Assembly: GCF_002571385.2 (NCBI RefSeq)
Contig: NW_019217873.1
Coordinates: 211,642 to 270,511, forward strand
From: Stylophora pistillata
Lineage: Eukaryota
Direction of reading: 5' to 3'
DNA length: 58,870 nucleotides
This document shows positions 12,059 to 23,659 of this stretch, piece by piece. Made by a program: the position numbers and the translations under genes. Below the pieces are notes generated by a model. It made no database searches, was not told the DNA's origin, and was given only the letters and a program-made list of their open reading frames with translations. Each line of letters starts with the position of its first letter. Positions within the stretch are counted from its first letter, which is position 1.

Positions 12059-12640
12059 ATTTCACTATTGAACAGAAGACTTGGAGTGATGCAGTGGCGA
12101 ATATTTTCCCCACAAGTTCTGCCATTCATGCTTATTTAAGAACCTCCTTAATCCAGTTCGTCTCTAACAGAGTTTAAAGGCGGAACTAAAGAAAATTGAC
12201 TTTCGTTTAGGGGCGGTCCTTAGAATTCTACAAAGCCCTATGGGGGAATCATGTAAATTTTATCGTGACACAGCGGAAGTCCTCCGAACGCAGGCGGCAA
12301 CTGGGGGAAGAATAAAACTAATTCCGGCGCCCTTTGACACCAAGGCATCGACAGCGAGGTCGTCGTTTTAGCATTTTAAACCAAACTTTGCTGACCAAAA
12401 AGGTGTAGTGAGCATCAGGAATGAGAACTTTTAACCGACTCCGGCTGCTGTCCGCGTGCGACTCGAAAACGTTTGTGCTTAAGCTCCCTAGTTACCGGTC
12501 CGGTTCTGTAGGTTAACTTTTGATAAATGTCATAATAAAATTTACGTAAAAGGTTTATGAGACAAAGGTGCCTTCTGCAGTACATGAATGACTCTTTACA
12601 GATGAACTGGTCTGTGATATGACTGTACATGTGCACTTGC

Positions 12641-15132
12641 CTGTCAGTGGCATCTAAAGGATTCCCTGTTCCTCCATAACCGCAATAACAGCCATAGTCG
12701 ACGTAATACAAAGAACTTCGTGACGTGGTACACTTAATCATGTTGTGAAACTGAACAAGATTTCTCTGGGTACGGGTAAAGTCACCTGTAGATGACACAA
12801 GTAAAATGCACGGGGAAGAATTATCGCTAAGCTACTATTTATCTTATTGCTGTTGGGAAGCGAGAGAACCAGTTAGCAATTCAGGCGCTTGAACTCATAG
12901 CGTTCTATCAGGGATAAGAATACGGCTCTCCTTCAACATACTTTATACAAACTGAAAAAAAAAACATCCATTTCCCATTCTCGCTTATCCGAATGGCCAC
13001 AAATGTCCTTTGCATTTCATTAAGAAAGATTATAGTATCTCCAACAAGAAAACAAGTCAAGATGAGACATTCGCTCCGACGAAGGGCTAACGCTCGAAAC
13101 GTCAGCTTTTGTAATCGTTACGGTGGCCAATTTAACACTTCAACTTTGTTGATATATCCAAGATGAGACTTGAACGAATGCGAAATAAATTAGGACCTTT
13201 TGTTCTCTCATAACTTAGCCTTTTCGAAAAGAGAGATATAAGAGGGCGAAGAAGCAGTGTCATCATAGGTTTTACAAAGTCATACATTATTTTATCCTCA
13301 CCTGAAGTAGACGAACTGGTTATTTTCTTTTCCAAGTCTTGTTGAGGTTCATCCTGTAACAACGCGAAAAATGAGACGCAATATAAAGGCGTGGTCTTAG
13401 AGTGTTTTCAAATCCACGCACATCTACATATATTCACCTCTACGGTGAGCAGGATTTACCCTATGAAAGGAACTATTATAATAGAGAAAGACCTCTTTTA
13501 CAGAATGCACAAACTACTGCTTTCTTCAAAGGACCTTTGTTAAAAATTTGCGTTAAGTGAAAGATTTAGCTGTTACGTTCCTATGTACAGTTCTTTAAAT
13601 CATATCCATGCATCGTTTCATTCTTTTTTGAGGGGTGTATCGTTTCTTCTTATGGTATTGTACAGTCCTTGCGAGCTCTTTTGTAAGGGGGCTACTATGA
13701 TCCGAACAACTATAATATAAGATTCAAACACAAACAGGACTACTTTCGAAAAAATTTTTTTTTAATGGGTCTGCAGGACTGTGGAATACTCTTCCACCCA
13801 ACATGAAATGTATAACCTCGCTCCCAACATTTAAATCTAAATCAAACAAACTATACTTTTTCAAACTTGACTCGTACAGTCCTCCAGATTAGTATTTTAT
13901 AATCTTAAATAACTTGCCTTTCTGGTAACTTTTTTAGCTTTTTTTATTGTATCCTTTTACTTTTTTTGTTATATAATAGGGGTTAGGTGTCAATTGAGAC
14001 GAAAGTTCCGTTCCTCTCTCCTGCCACTCCATTTTTACTTTTTCTTTCTTGGTACTGTGTGATGTACATTAGTTATTTGTATTTGCTGAACTGTGGCGAA
14101 TGCATTAAACTAAATTAAACTAAAATAAACTTAAAAAAATTAATGAAATGGGATTTAGCAGTGGACATACGATCCATGAGATAACTCTTCATGTCCCCTG
14201 TTTCTAGGTCGAATTAGAATCTAGAAGGGACTTTAAGCAAACCCGGACGGCTACGGCAACGAGAACATGGAAAAACAATAGATCTAATTGGCAGAACAAT
14301 AGCCCAGCACGTGGGTATTAAAACTTTGTACATTTCTTAGCCGTTCTTTGCAAAACAACAACGTGAAATCACCAAAATTTGCGTCGTCTGCGAAGCGAAA
14401 CCGCGGCGGCAAATTATTTTAATTTACATTTGGAACTCCACGCTACTTTTATGCGTTATGTTAAGTTTGAGTTCTGGCGCCCTATGAGACGGTAAACACA
14501 TGCAGCCATTTTCGAAATTCTAACTAAAAGTAGAAACTCATTTTTTAATCGACGTCTTCCGTGGCGTTGCCGTCCTGACTCCTTAAAGTCCCTATTTACT
14601 GGTTTTTGTGGAGGGAGGAAAATCGGAGGACCAGGAGACACTCCCTGGGAGCAAGAACGAGAACCAACGACGAACGCAACCCACATGTGACACCACGGGC
14701 CCGTTTCTCGAAAGTCATGGTAACTTAACGGGCCCGAAGCGAGAGGTGGGCTATGTTTTAAAATCAAAACTTAAAAGATAGAAAAGCAGGTTCTGGCACC
14801 CAAATCAGTCCATTTTGCTTCTATAGCTGATAGTTTTATTGTATTATTTTCAAAACTTTTGAAATCCCCATCATGAATGAAAACAAAACAGCTATACGGG
14901 CCCGTTTAGTTACTGGGACTTTCCTGGAATCCGGGAATCAAACCCGGGCCACAATGGCAGAAGGTGAACGTTCTCACCACTTCGCCCTCCCTTCCGACCT
15001 ATCTCTTAAGTTACAATTAGAGGTGATTTTCAAAAATACAGAATTATCTTTGCGATAACTCCCTACCTTGTGAGATGGGAAAGAGAACGCGGAAGATAAG
15101 ATGACAATCGTTAGCACGATTATTCCCTGCAT
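12641..15132 (-). CDS. Secreted phospholipase A2, gene A (3'-incomplete); exons 15067-15132, 13302-13353, 12641-12785
   Basis: Signal peptide [17 protein letters not shown], propeptide ending TQR, then [11 protein letters not shown] and Ca2+ loop [15 protein letters not shown]. Splice phases 0 and 1 are consistent. The catalytic HD exon was not found. Confidence 0.85.
13069..13158 (+). mobile_element. 90-bp Penelope-type terminal fragment with a minimal hammerhead motif, flanked by an 11-bp direct repeat
   Basis: gct-CCGACGA-a-gggc-taac-gctc-GAAAC-GTC-agc at 13073-13106. CAAGATGAGAC at 13058-13068 and 13159-13169. Confidence 0.7.
14200..14992 (-). mobile_element. tRNA-derived SINE interrupted by two MITE-like inserts
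   Basis: Head with A box (GGCGAAGTGG) and B box (GGTTTGATTCC) near 14930-14990. The SINE body resumes at about 14600-14697. Confidence 0.6.
14226..14593. mobile_element. MITE with terminal inverted repeats (TIRs) AGGGACTTTAAG/CTTAAAGTCCCT
   Basis: Perfect 12-bp TIRs plus subterminal gacggc(t/a)acg inverted motifs. Confidence 0.75.
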
Positions 15133-16709
15133 TGTGTTGTTTGTTCCCTTCTCGGAATTCAGATCAGTTCTGCAAAGTACCTTCTCTCCAATAACCAGAG
15201 TTGCAGTCACTGAAAGTTGGCTAAGCTAAGCATCGTTCTTTATCCCTGTGATCTCTTATCTTATTTAGAAATCTATATCGCATGAGTTTTTCACATGACA
15301 TTGTCACTTTCTTAAAAACATGTGGGGTGTGAAACGATCATCTGTTCCAGCTGAAACAGTGACAAGACAATGAATCAGAAATAATGAAAAACATCACTGC
15401 GTAGATTAATAAAGTGCGAATCTAAGTGTCCTTAGAAGAGCACACTGCTTACACCCTTCATCCAAAACGCCAGTGAAATTACAGCTGCGGGGATTCAACT
15501 TTCGTTCAAAAACCGTGTATCAAGAAAAGTGGCACAAATTTCATTACAATAGGCTTTGTTAGACAAGCGAAAAATGACCCTATATGGCCATTTTTTAACA
15601 ATGGCGCAACAGCTTCAGAACACACTAGGGATTTGTCGAAGTTTCCGATTAGCATACGAGCGGGAGATTTAAACGCTCGGAAAGACTAGACTTTAGTTTA
15701 GAACTATGACGACTTTAGTTTAGAACTATGACAGTTTCTGGAGAAAGATTTATACGGAGAGAGGTGGTCTGAATGAGGCACAACGTATTTTGAATTCTAT
15801 ATGTGTGCATTGCCACATTAGCGGTCAATTTTTTTTTGGAGTAGACCAATGAGAGTTGACTCGACGAGACAAATTTACGCTACCCAATTCTCCGAAGCGG
15901 CTAAATCAGCGTTTAATTTTCCCTTGGGGTACTCTGGTGACAATTTACCTGTCGTGTGCAAATATGCGCTACCTACTCTTCCAAAATAGCTTAATTATGA
16001 TGCCAAAAATTTTTTTCCGATCAGTCACGGACTTTTTCGCGTCGCTTCGGCCAAAGTCCCTCAGCGCTACAAAGAACGAAAGGACTATTGATTACTACTT
16101 AATGTGTGAAATTGAGCCGGAACAATAGACCATTTCTTGATACTACTCGCAAAGATCGCAATTATCAGATTTTCGATGGGGACTCATTCTTTCTGTATTT
16201 TTTTTTCTGTATTGAAAATGGCCTTGAAACGTAAAAAAGTGAGTAAATCGACCCTGCGCACCCCTAATAGGCACGGGCAGGTAAACCATGAAGTACATTT
16301 CAGAAGAGATATTATTATGATAAAAAATGAAAAAAAAAATTAAATTCGCGCTTAGGTTTTAGCTGTAGCGAAACTGGACGGGTTTCTTTGCCCAAAAGGG
16401 CGCATTTTCAACTTATCGGAATGGAAAATTTTATTGATGGTTTTTAATTATATATTCAGCAGCTTAATAGAAGAATCACAGTTTAAAATTGCAGCTGACC
16501 GGACAATATTTATTCAATAAGGATTTGAATTATGCAAACCACTAACGAGACGTAGACTCCATTTAACTATATGACTAGTAGTCGTAAACATTTGTGATAA
16601 GCCCGTGCGAAAACTTTAAGGGTTCCGAGAATGGATGATTAAAAATATAAAAATTTTACACAAAGATTTGTGTTTGAGTACAGTGTACTTATCAAACACT
16701 CATAACAAG

Positions 16710-17248
16710 TGGGGATACACGGCCGAAAGTAACTGACACTTGAATTCCTTATCAACCAAAAAATAATCGTAATTCTTTAAAGAGCACCATTGCCATTTCC
16801 ATTAATATATGATATCATAGCATTAAAACCAGAAAATAAACCTTTATTCAAAGTTTAACGGAATCAAAGTTACTGATTTTCACCCCTTATGCTTTGTTTT
16901 ATGATTCTTATGCTTGAACATCTTTGCATCCAGATTTCATTAAAACAAAAAATGTGTGTTATGGGTTTGAAGCTGACTTACCACATTGGGATACCATATG
17001 GATTCACGTTAGTGATGAAGTTTTTTTCCTATGGGATTACGTAATGAGAACAAAAGAGCTGCGCGTGTTGGGGATACACGGCTGAAAGTATCTGACATTT
17101 GAATTCCTTATCAACCAAAAAATGATTGTAATTCTTTAACGAGCACCATTGCCATTGCCATTAATATATGATATCATAGCATTACAACCAGAAAATAAAC
17201 CTTTATTCAAAGTTTAACTGAATCAAAGTTACTGATTTTCACCCCTTA
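16710..17248. repeat. Direct repeat of about 180 bp (16710-16889 and 17069-17248)
   Basis: tggggatacacggc...gttactgattttcacccctta occurs twice. Confidence 0.9.
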
Positions 17249-17533
17249 GTCTAAAAGCTAACAAATAATTTCCAGGCCACTTTAACTCCTCAAGTATTTA
17301 ATTTTGGTAGAAAAAAAAAACCCTCTAAAATTTTTGTTAAGTAAAGTCACGGTGTTCCATGTTTTTTTTTCCATAGAAAACAACCACCTGAAATTTTTGA
17401 GTTGAACTTCCTTTCACATCACGTATTCATAATTAAAATGACCTATAAGAGTGACGCGAATCTGCTGAAATAGTGTCCCAGTTTTTCAAAATCAAACAAG
17501 TCTGCTCGCGATTCCACAAAAAAGATTCAGAAA

Positions 17534-20500
17534 ATGGAGCGATTAGTTTTCCTTCTTCACTGCTTGGCCATTTTTCAGGTGACAATGGCTACAAGTCCTC
17601 TCGATCAGGTACGGCACACTTTTGGTGGGGAAAGGGAAGTATTTTTTGCAAGTCAGTGGACATTAATTTGTCTAAGTACGGGGAAAAACAAATAAAGGGG
17701 AGCGGAGTAGTATAACAAGATAATTTTGGTTTTATGAACTGAGTTGATCATGTAATTTAGCCACTGTAAAGGGTTTCAAAGCTGACGTTTCGAGCTTTAG
17801 CCCTTCGTCAAAGCGAATGGAAGAATTGTGGGTTGTGTGTGGATTGTTGTCTGGGGAAAAACACTGACTTCAGCGTTTTCTTAAAAAGGCATTCCTTCTT
17901 CATAGGGAACCCACTCATAAGGATTAAGTCACTAATATCTTAAGGAATAAAAAGTTTAGATCATTATTTTTCCTATTTCAATATAGGTCCTCAATTTTAT
18001 TCCTCTGGCTAAAAACTCTCTCGCAGGGAACAAATGGCGTTAAGCGAAAAAATGATCACTGAACACTAAGAAAAAAATGGTAACTGAAAATGGTGATAAG
18101 ATCAGATAAGAACAACGCCTCTCGTGAAACTATGTCCGTATTTCAATCAAGGTCTAAGTAAAACCAGTTCCAAAGTATTTCTAATTTGAAGGTGAATAGT
18201 CGTTGCGCACGGTTTGTGTCGCGCATTTCAAGACTTGAGAAACTAATTTTTCTCATACACATGGCGACACTGCTGGGTGCGTAATCATTCAGAGTTAATG
18301 TCTCTTAACTTATAGAACTGTTATTCGGGATGAAACTACTTCGGCTCTTACCCCAACTTGCATTATCTGAGCAAGTGAGAGCGACGGAAAAATAACGCAT
18401 GCTTTAGACGGAAATAGCATTTCACTAAGCTTGAATTTATTATAAGTACTTACGGCAGTTATTCACCGACTAGTATACTGACGTGTTCTCTTCATTTTCA
18501 ATAGGATCGAGAAGGGATCTTGGCACAAAAAGGTTTCTTTTAAGTATAGTTTTATTACAATATGTCGAGTAAAGTCATTACCGATCACGTTTTTCAAGAT
18601 ACAGACGCAACAAACTTCCAAAAATACTTTCCTTTTTTCTTCCCCCTGCTTAATCCACAGCACTAATATATGAATTGATCGACAGAGCTGAATAACGAAA
18701 TTTTACGTCAAAGGTATGCGGTCAACAACGCGGACACAAGCGTGCGAGGTTTAAAATTTAGCGAAATTTTCGAAAATAATAAGGAGCTGGCATTTAAAAC
18801 CGACGTATTTTGTTGTCGTCGATTACATTTTCCTATTTCCAAAGTTTTAAAGGGGAAAGTTAATTTTCGAAAATATTCAGGGGGTGTACAAAGCTTTTGG
18901 AGGTTGTTCTGTAAGAGAAAAGCGGCTAGGTAAACAACACCTCGAAGCAACAGAATAGAAAATCAACAGTGCGAACGACTCAAAAACCGTTTTTCCGCGC
19001 CAAAATCTAGCGCGTGCGCATACGTTATTCAGCTCTGTCGAATTCGTCACTAACTGTGCCCTCAGCCTAAAGCAACTAGATGAGCAATAGCAGTAAATCT
19101 TTGGATCATATGATTTTTCCACAAAGCCTAAATTTCTCTTTTAAGGTAAAACTTTTCGTTTTGGCGACAGCAGTGGATGAGGAAAGATATGCCTTAATCT
19201 AATCTAAATAGATATATGTAGACAGTACTTAACAGAAACAATAGCTTCGATTTCCGACCCAAGAAGGTAGGGTCGTTTTCTATGTCCTGCTGTGCGTTAA
19301 AAGCAATCTCTTTTCTTTTTTTTTTTTTTTTTTTTTTTTTTTTAGTAGAAAGTGCTGATTCCCCCATAACATCTCCTAATGCAAGAAGCATTTTGGAATT
19401 CGGTCTGATGATTATATGCGGAGTCAAAAGAAACCCCTTGGACTATAATGGTTATGGTTGCTACTGCGGACTAGGTGGACAGGGAACACCAGTTGATGAT
19501 GTAGACAGGTAAGTGGCAAAATGAAAAACTCGATAGCCGTGACACACAACGCAGATTAAAAATTCTGCCTCTTATCTTTGCCCGGTCGACCACACGATGC
19601 TGCAATTGCAAATTAAAACTCTCCAACAGGATCAGAAAGAAGAGACCAGCATGATCGAATAGAGGACAAAGTCAAAGCAATCAAAATAATTTGAAGAAAG
19701 GGCTTGGGTATCCATGATTCGGTCAACTGTTTAAAGCTTTGACAGTACAGGAGAAGCAAAGATTCCGAGATTTCACCAGCCGAGGGCAATCTTTCCTTTC
19801 TAAACATTATTCGCGATTCTGTTTAATAAGAAGGCAGCCTACCTTGGCAACCGACAAGTCAGGTTTTGCGACCGTGAACTCGGTAAGAAATTTTCAAGAT
19901 GTACGCAAAATTTAGTCGCCTCGCTAACTGCATGAACCAGCCACGGTTGACCAGAACAGTTTCTCCCTCGCTTCAAATATTCGGTTCTTGAAATCTTATG
20001 GAGAAATAAGGAACAGTCAGACGAAGCTCTGTCTTTCTCAGTTGTTTCTCACAAAAAAAGAAAAATAAAACCATCTATAATTTGAACATTTTGAAATGTG
20101 ACTTCGTATGCAGCATGTATATTTATTTCACGCTTTGATTCTTGTTGCTCTTTACACCCTAACATCAAATTACATATTCTCCATACTCTTTACTATATAT
20201 TCCTAATGGAACAGACAGGAAGAATTTGTTAAACAATCAAGAGTTTTTTAATTGGTGATCCTTTCCTTTATTCTCGCGACATTGATGTTTGATTCGGGAG
20301 TGACCTTGTAAGGAGAAATTAGACGTAAGTCACACACATATGGGCTAAAGGGATAACAGTCTTGCTTTGCCGCCAGATGTTGCCAAATACATGATGCTTG
20401 CTATAATGCAGTGCAGAACTCGGGCGCTTGCACGTTAGATTTGGCAATCTATGCCATGCCTTATGATAGGAAAGGCTGCCTTGGATGCGGTAAGAATTTA

Positions 20501-21410
20501 CTTTTATTAATTAGTACAAAAAAATTATACACAACAAGTGCGGGGTATGGCTGAAGATAGTACCATGTGCCGTAATAATTTAGATTGTAAGACGACTTCC
20601 TCTTTTAAACCCAACAACCGAGACAAGCCTCAAGATTAGTTTGTCTAGTTCAGGGGTGTACTTTGACCACAGATAACGGTGTTGCTGTAATTTTAGGGCA
20701 TTCAACCCTACGAAACGCTTCAGCCCTGGGCTGGGCTTGGGTTTTTAGGCCCGGTCGTCCTTCGAAGAACCGACCAGGCTAGGAACTCCCAGTACTTCTC
20801 TTCAGCTAGTGCCTTCCTTCGATGGAGCGTCAATTTTGCTATAACCCTAATTCAGCTCAAAACCTCCCTTGAGCTTGGTTTTCTCAGCCTTTCCTCTTAC
20901 AATATTTGCTTAGAAAAACTGGTAAAACAAAATAAACGGGTTGTAATTGATAGATCATTCTCGGCCAGATGTACAAAACCTAATCAGTCAGTTTGGTTAC
21001 GATTAGTGGCATGCTAATGACTATATATAGGGACTAGCGATTCGCTACTTTTAATTGCAAGTGGCGAAACAGGGTCCTTCATGAGAACCGGAATCTTCCC
21101 CTTGAAAAAGTCGTAATTTTTTTATACTGTTATGTGATAACATTATATTGGAGATCTACTCCTACTCCTACATCGCGCTTGTATTACCGGTGGTTTGTTG
21201 ACTGAAAAAATTTGTTTTTCATGTTAAAGGGATATAACATTACTGACTGTTCAGATATGATGCACTCTCTCTTCAGAGCCTGCTAGTCATTACTGGTTTT
21301 TCGGCGAGTGTCGGAACTCTTTGTGTGTGTGTGACTCAGAGGCTGTCCAGTGCTTTCAGAGGGCTACGTTCAATGATGCTTACAAAGATTATTCGCAAGA
21401 AAAATGTTAA
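17534..21410 (+). CDS. Secreted phospholipase A2, gene B; exons 17534-17608 (signal peptide), probably a small unidentified exon, 19346/19349-19508, 20377-20489, 21277-21410
   Basis: MERLVFLLHCLAIFQVTMA signal with TATAAGA at 17444. YGCYCGLGGQG Ca2+ loop, catalytic CCQIHDACY, C-terminal LCVCDSEAVQCF...EKC*. The last three exons splice in phase. Confidence 0.9.
17698..17841 (-). mobile_element. Penelope-type terminal fragment with a minimal hammerhead motif (17781-17814)
   Basis: Reverse complement gct-TTGACGA-a-gggc-taaa-gctc-GAAAC-GTC-agc. Flanks are homologous to 31510-31640. Confidence 0.65.
20150..20355. mobile_element. Intronic MITE-like repeat
   Basis: Degenerate termini ctttacaccctaa ... 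gggctaaagggataa. Resembles a common interspersed repeat; recognition only. Confidence 0.4.
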
Positions 21411-21792
21411 AAATGTAATTCTTGAAACATGAAGTGATTGTTCAATGTATTAAAAAAAAAAACGCTATTGAAAAAGGCTGTATTTGTCTTGTCATATCTG
21501 ACAATGTGTTATATCTTTCACTAGCACTCTTGTCAATGTTACAGGGCCAGTTTCGCCTTTGATGCTGCATATTGATGCAAACGTCCTTTTCCAACAAATG
21601 AAAAGTAAAAAAAAATTATAAATATTTTGTGGCGTCCAGCACAATTTCCGTCAATCAGGATCATTTATGGTCTCGTACCAGACATTTCACGGCCAAGCGG
21701 TTGTAATAGTTTCCACCTCTTCCCACCATATTTGAAAAATCTACTTCACCCCCCCCAACCATCTTTAAGTATAAAAAAGCTGGTGCAGTAAA

Positions 21793-22087
21793 TATATCTT
21801 ATTAACAAAGCTCGAGGGCCGTACCGGGAGAATATCGGCCCGAGGTCTTGACAGTACGCGCGAGGTCCATACAAAAAAGAGCGAGGGCCGATATTCTTCC
21901 AGTACGGTCCCGAGCAAGCTTGGTTAATAAGAGATTTATCATACGACTGAAGTTCAATGGGACACAAGTGCGGTATCATTGGGGACCATTCGGGACAGTG
22001 CTCGGTCCAATACTGAGAGAATATTGGACCGACAATAGAGCATTTTGATAGGTTGATTTTAGTCTGACTGCCCGAGTCGTGTAATAA
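21793..22087 (+). repeat. Dispersed repeat with palindromic head, copy 2
   Basis: High similarity to 11744-12058. Confidence 0.8.
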
Positions 22088-22418
22088 GTCGTCCATAGCA
22101 ATTGTCCGAAAAAAAGTAGTACATGAAAAGGTCCAATGGTCGAAAAGTCAGTTATACTCTTGCATCTATGATCTTAAGGCAAATGATATGATCCATCTCA
22201 GGAATGTGCCGTTAAGATTATCAAGAATAAAGCTATCCTCCCTGGAGAGCTGTTATGTCTGTGTAATGTTGAATAGTTTATAACGCAAGGTTAGCTTTTA
22301 TTCTTATTTGTTGTTTTAGACAGATTGTGTCTTCGTCGAGAGTTTCAACTCTAAAAAGCCCTGAAATTTATTGATACCTGTCGGGAAAAGATCGGAGCAC
22401 GAATAGTAGGAAATGGTC

Positions 22419-23497
22419 CACGTGTTGCATCATGCACAACAGTACGTCCCCAACACACCTTGAACTTTAAGCGTCACGCGCTCCGAAAAGAAAGAGCTCA
22501 GTGCGCAAACTCAAAGCGTGACCGAACCCCTTTTGTCACGTTTGCATTACAATGTTTTCTTCTTACCCCTATCACGTGCGTCCTAAGTGACCTTTTGTCA
22601 TGGAAAGTCACCAAGGTCAAATAAGCCCTTCCAAATCATTCTTAATGCTCAATCCCTTTTTTCGTCTGAAATATAACCATCCTCATTTAACTTTTATGCG
22701 GTTCGAATAGTAGCTGCTTCGAATTGTTGGTAATCTTTACGGTTTAAAGCCCCGAGGGTTTGTTGGATAGTCAACAAAATTATGCACGGGGATGCTCTGT
22801 CTGCAGTTCTGAACCTAAATTATATTTCTGGTGTTCTACTCTTCTAAACAAATTAACTCTTTTGATTGAGTCTTTTCCCCTCCATTTTTTGATCAATGCT
22901 ACCTGCCAGAAAAAAATATCCCCAGTCGGACGGTTCGTTCCTGTCGCAGCCTATGACAAGTAGTATCACGTCCGTCTTCCCCCAACGCTAAGCATGCACG
23001 AGGCTTAAATTCTGCAGGTCACCTTGAACTATCAAAGGTTGCTTTTGGAGCGTGCTATGGAAAAAAGGGAAAAACGCGAGAAAATTGTCAAAAAATAAAA
23101 GAGATAGTGGCTACTCTCCTTTCTTTCTCCATTAGAGAATGTTTTCGGCGTCTCGACCCCTGAGCATGCTTTCCCGGAGACAACGCTGAAGCTTTGTATC
23201 TAGTCGTTATGCAACGAAACGTTCGGAGTCGCCCTCCCCAGTCACGCTAACCGGAAACGGAAGTTGCCCATCGCGTTCCAAATTTTCCCTTTACACCAGA
23301 ATACGTGTATTTTTTCAGGTTATGAAGTTTAAAAATGCCAGTTCACTTACATTCTATTACATTTCTACATACTGTTGAACTATAAGCGAACTAATTATGT
23401 GTAAATGTTTGGATTAAGACTCTCAGAGAAATTTCTTCGGTTATGTCACACCTGCACGTGCATGTGTCAGGTTATATAAGATTAGTTGGCACGTGCC
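22419..23497 (+). promoter_or_regulatory. E-box cluster upstream of the bHLH-Orange gene
   Basis: CACGTG at 22419, 22573, 23455 and 23490 (within GGCACGTGCC). D-box-like TTATGCAA at 23207. Confidence 0.55.
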
Positions 23498-23659
23498 TTC
23501 GTCAAACTTCCTTGCACGAAGATATTGGTCTGTACAGTTTGTATGATAGCACTACACAACCGTGTTTTCTCTCTCGTAATTTTCCTCATCTAGCGATAAG
23601 AACTTAATGGTAAGACTTCCCTGAAAGAGAACTTTTACTTTGAGCGGAATGTAATCAAC

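Noticed and set aside
11554-12129. ORFs such as ENIGPRS/GPYWENIG
   Set aside because: They derive from a non-coding palindromic repeat.
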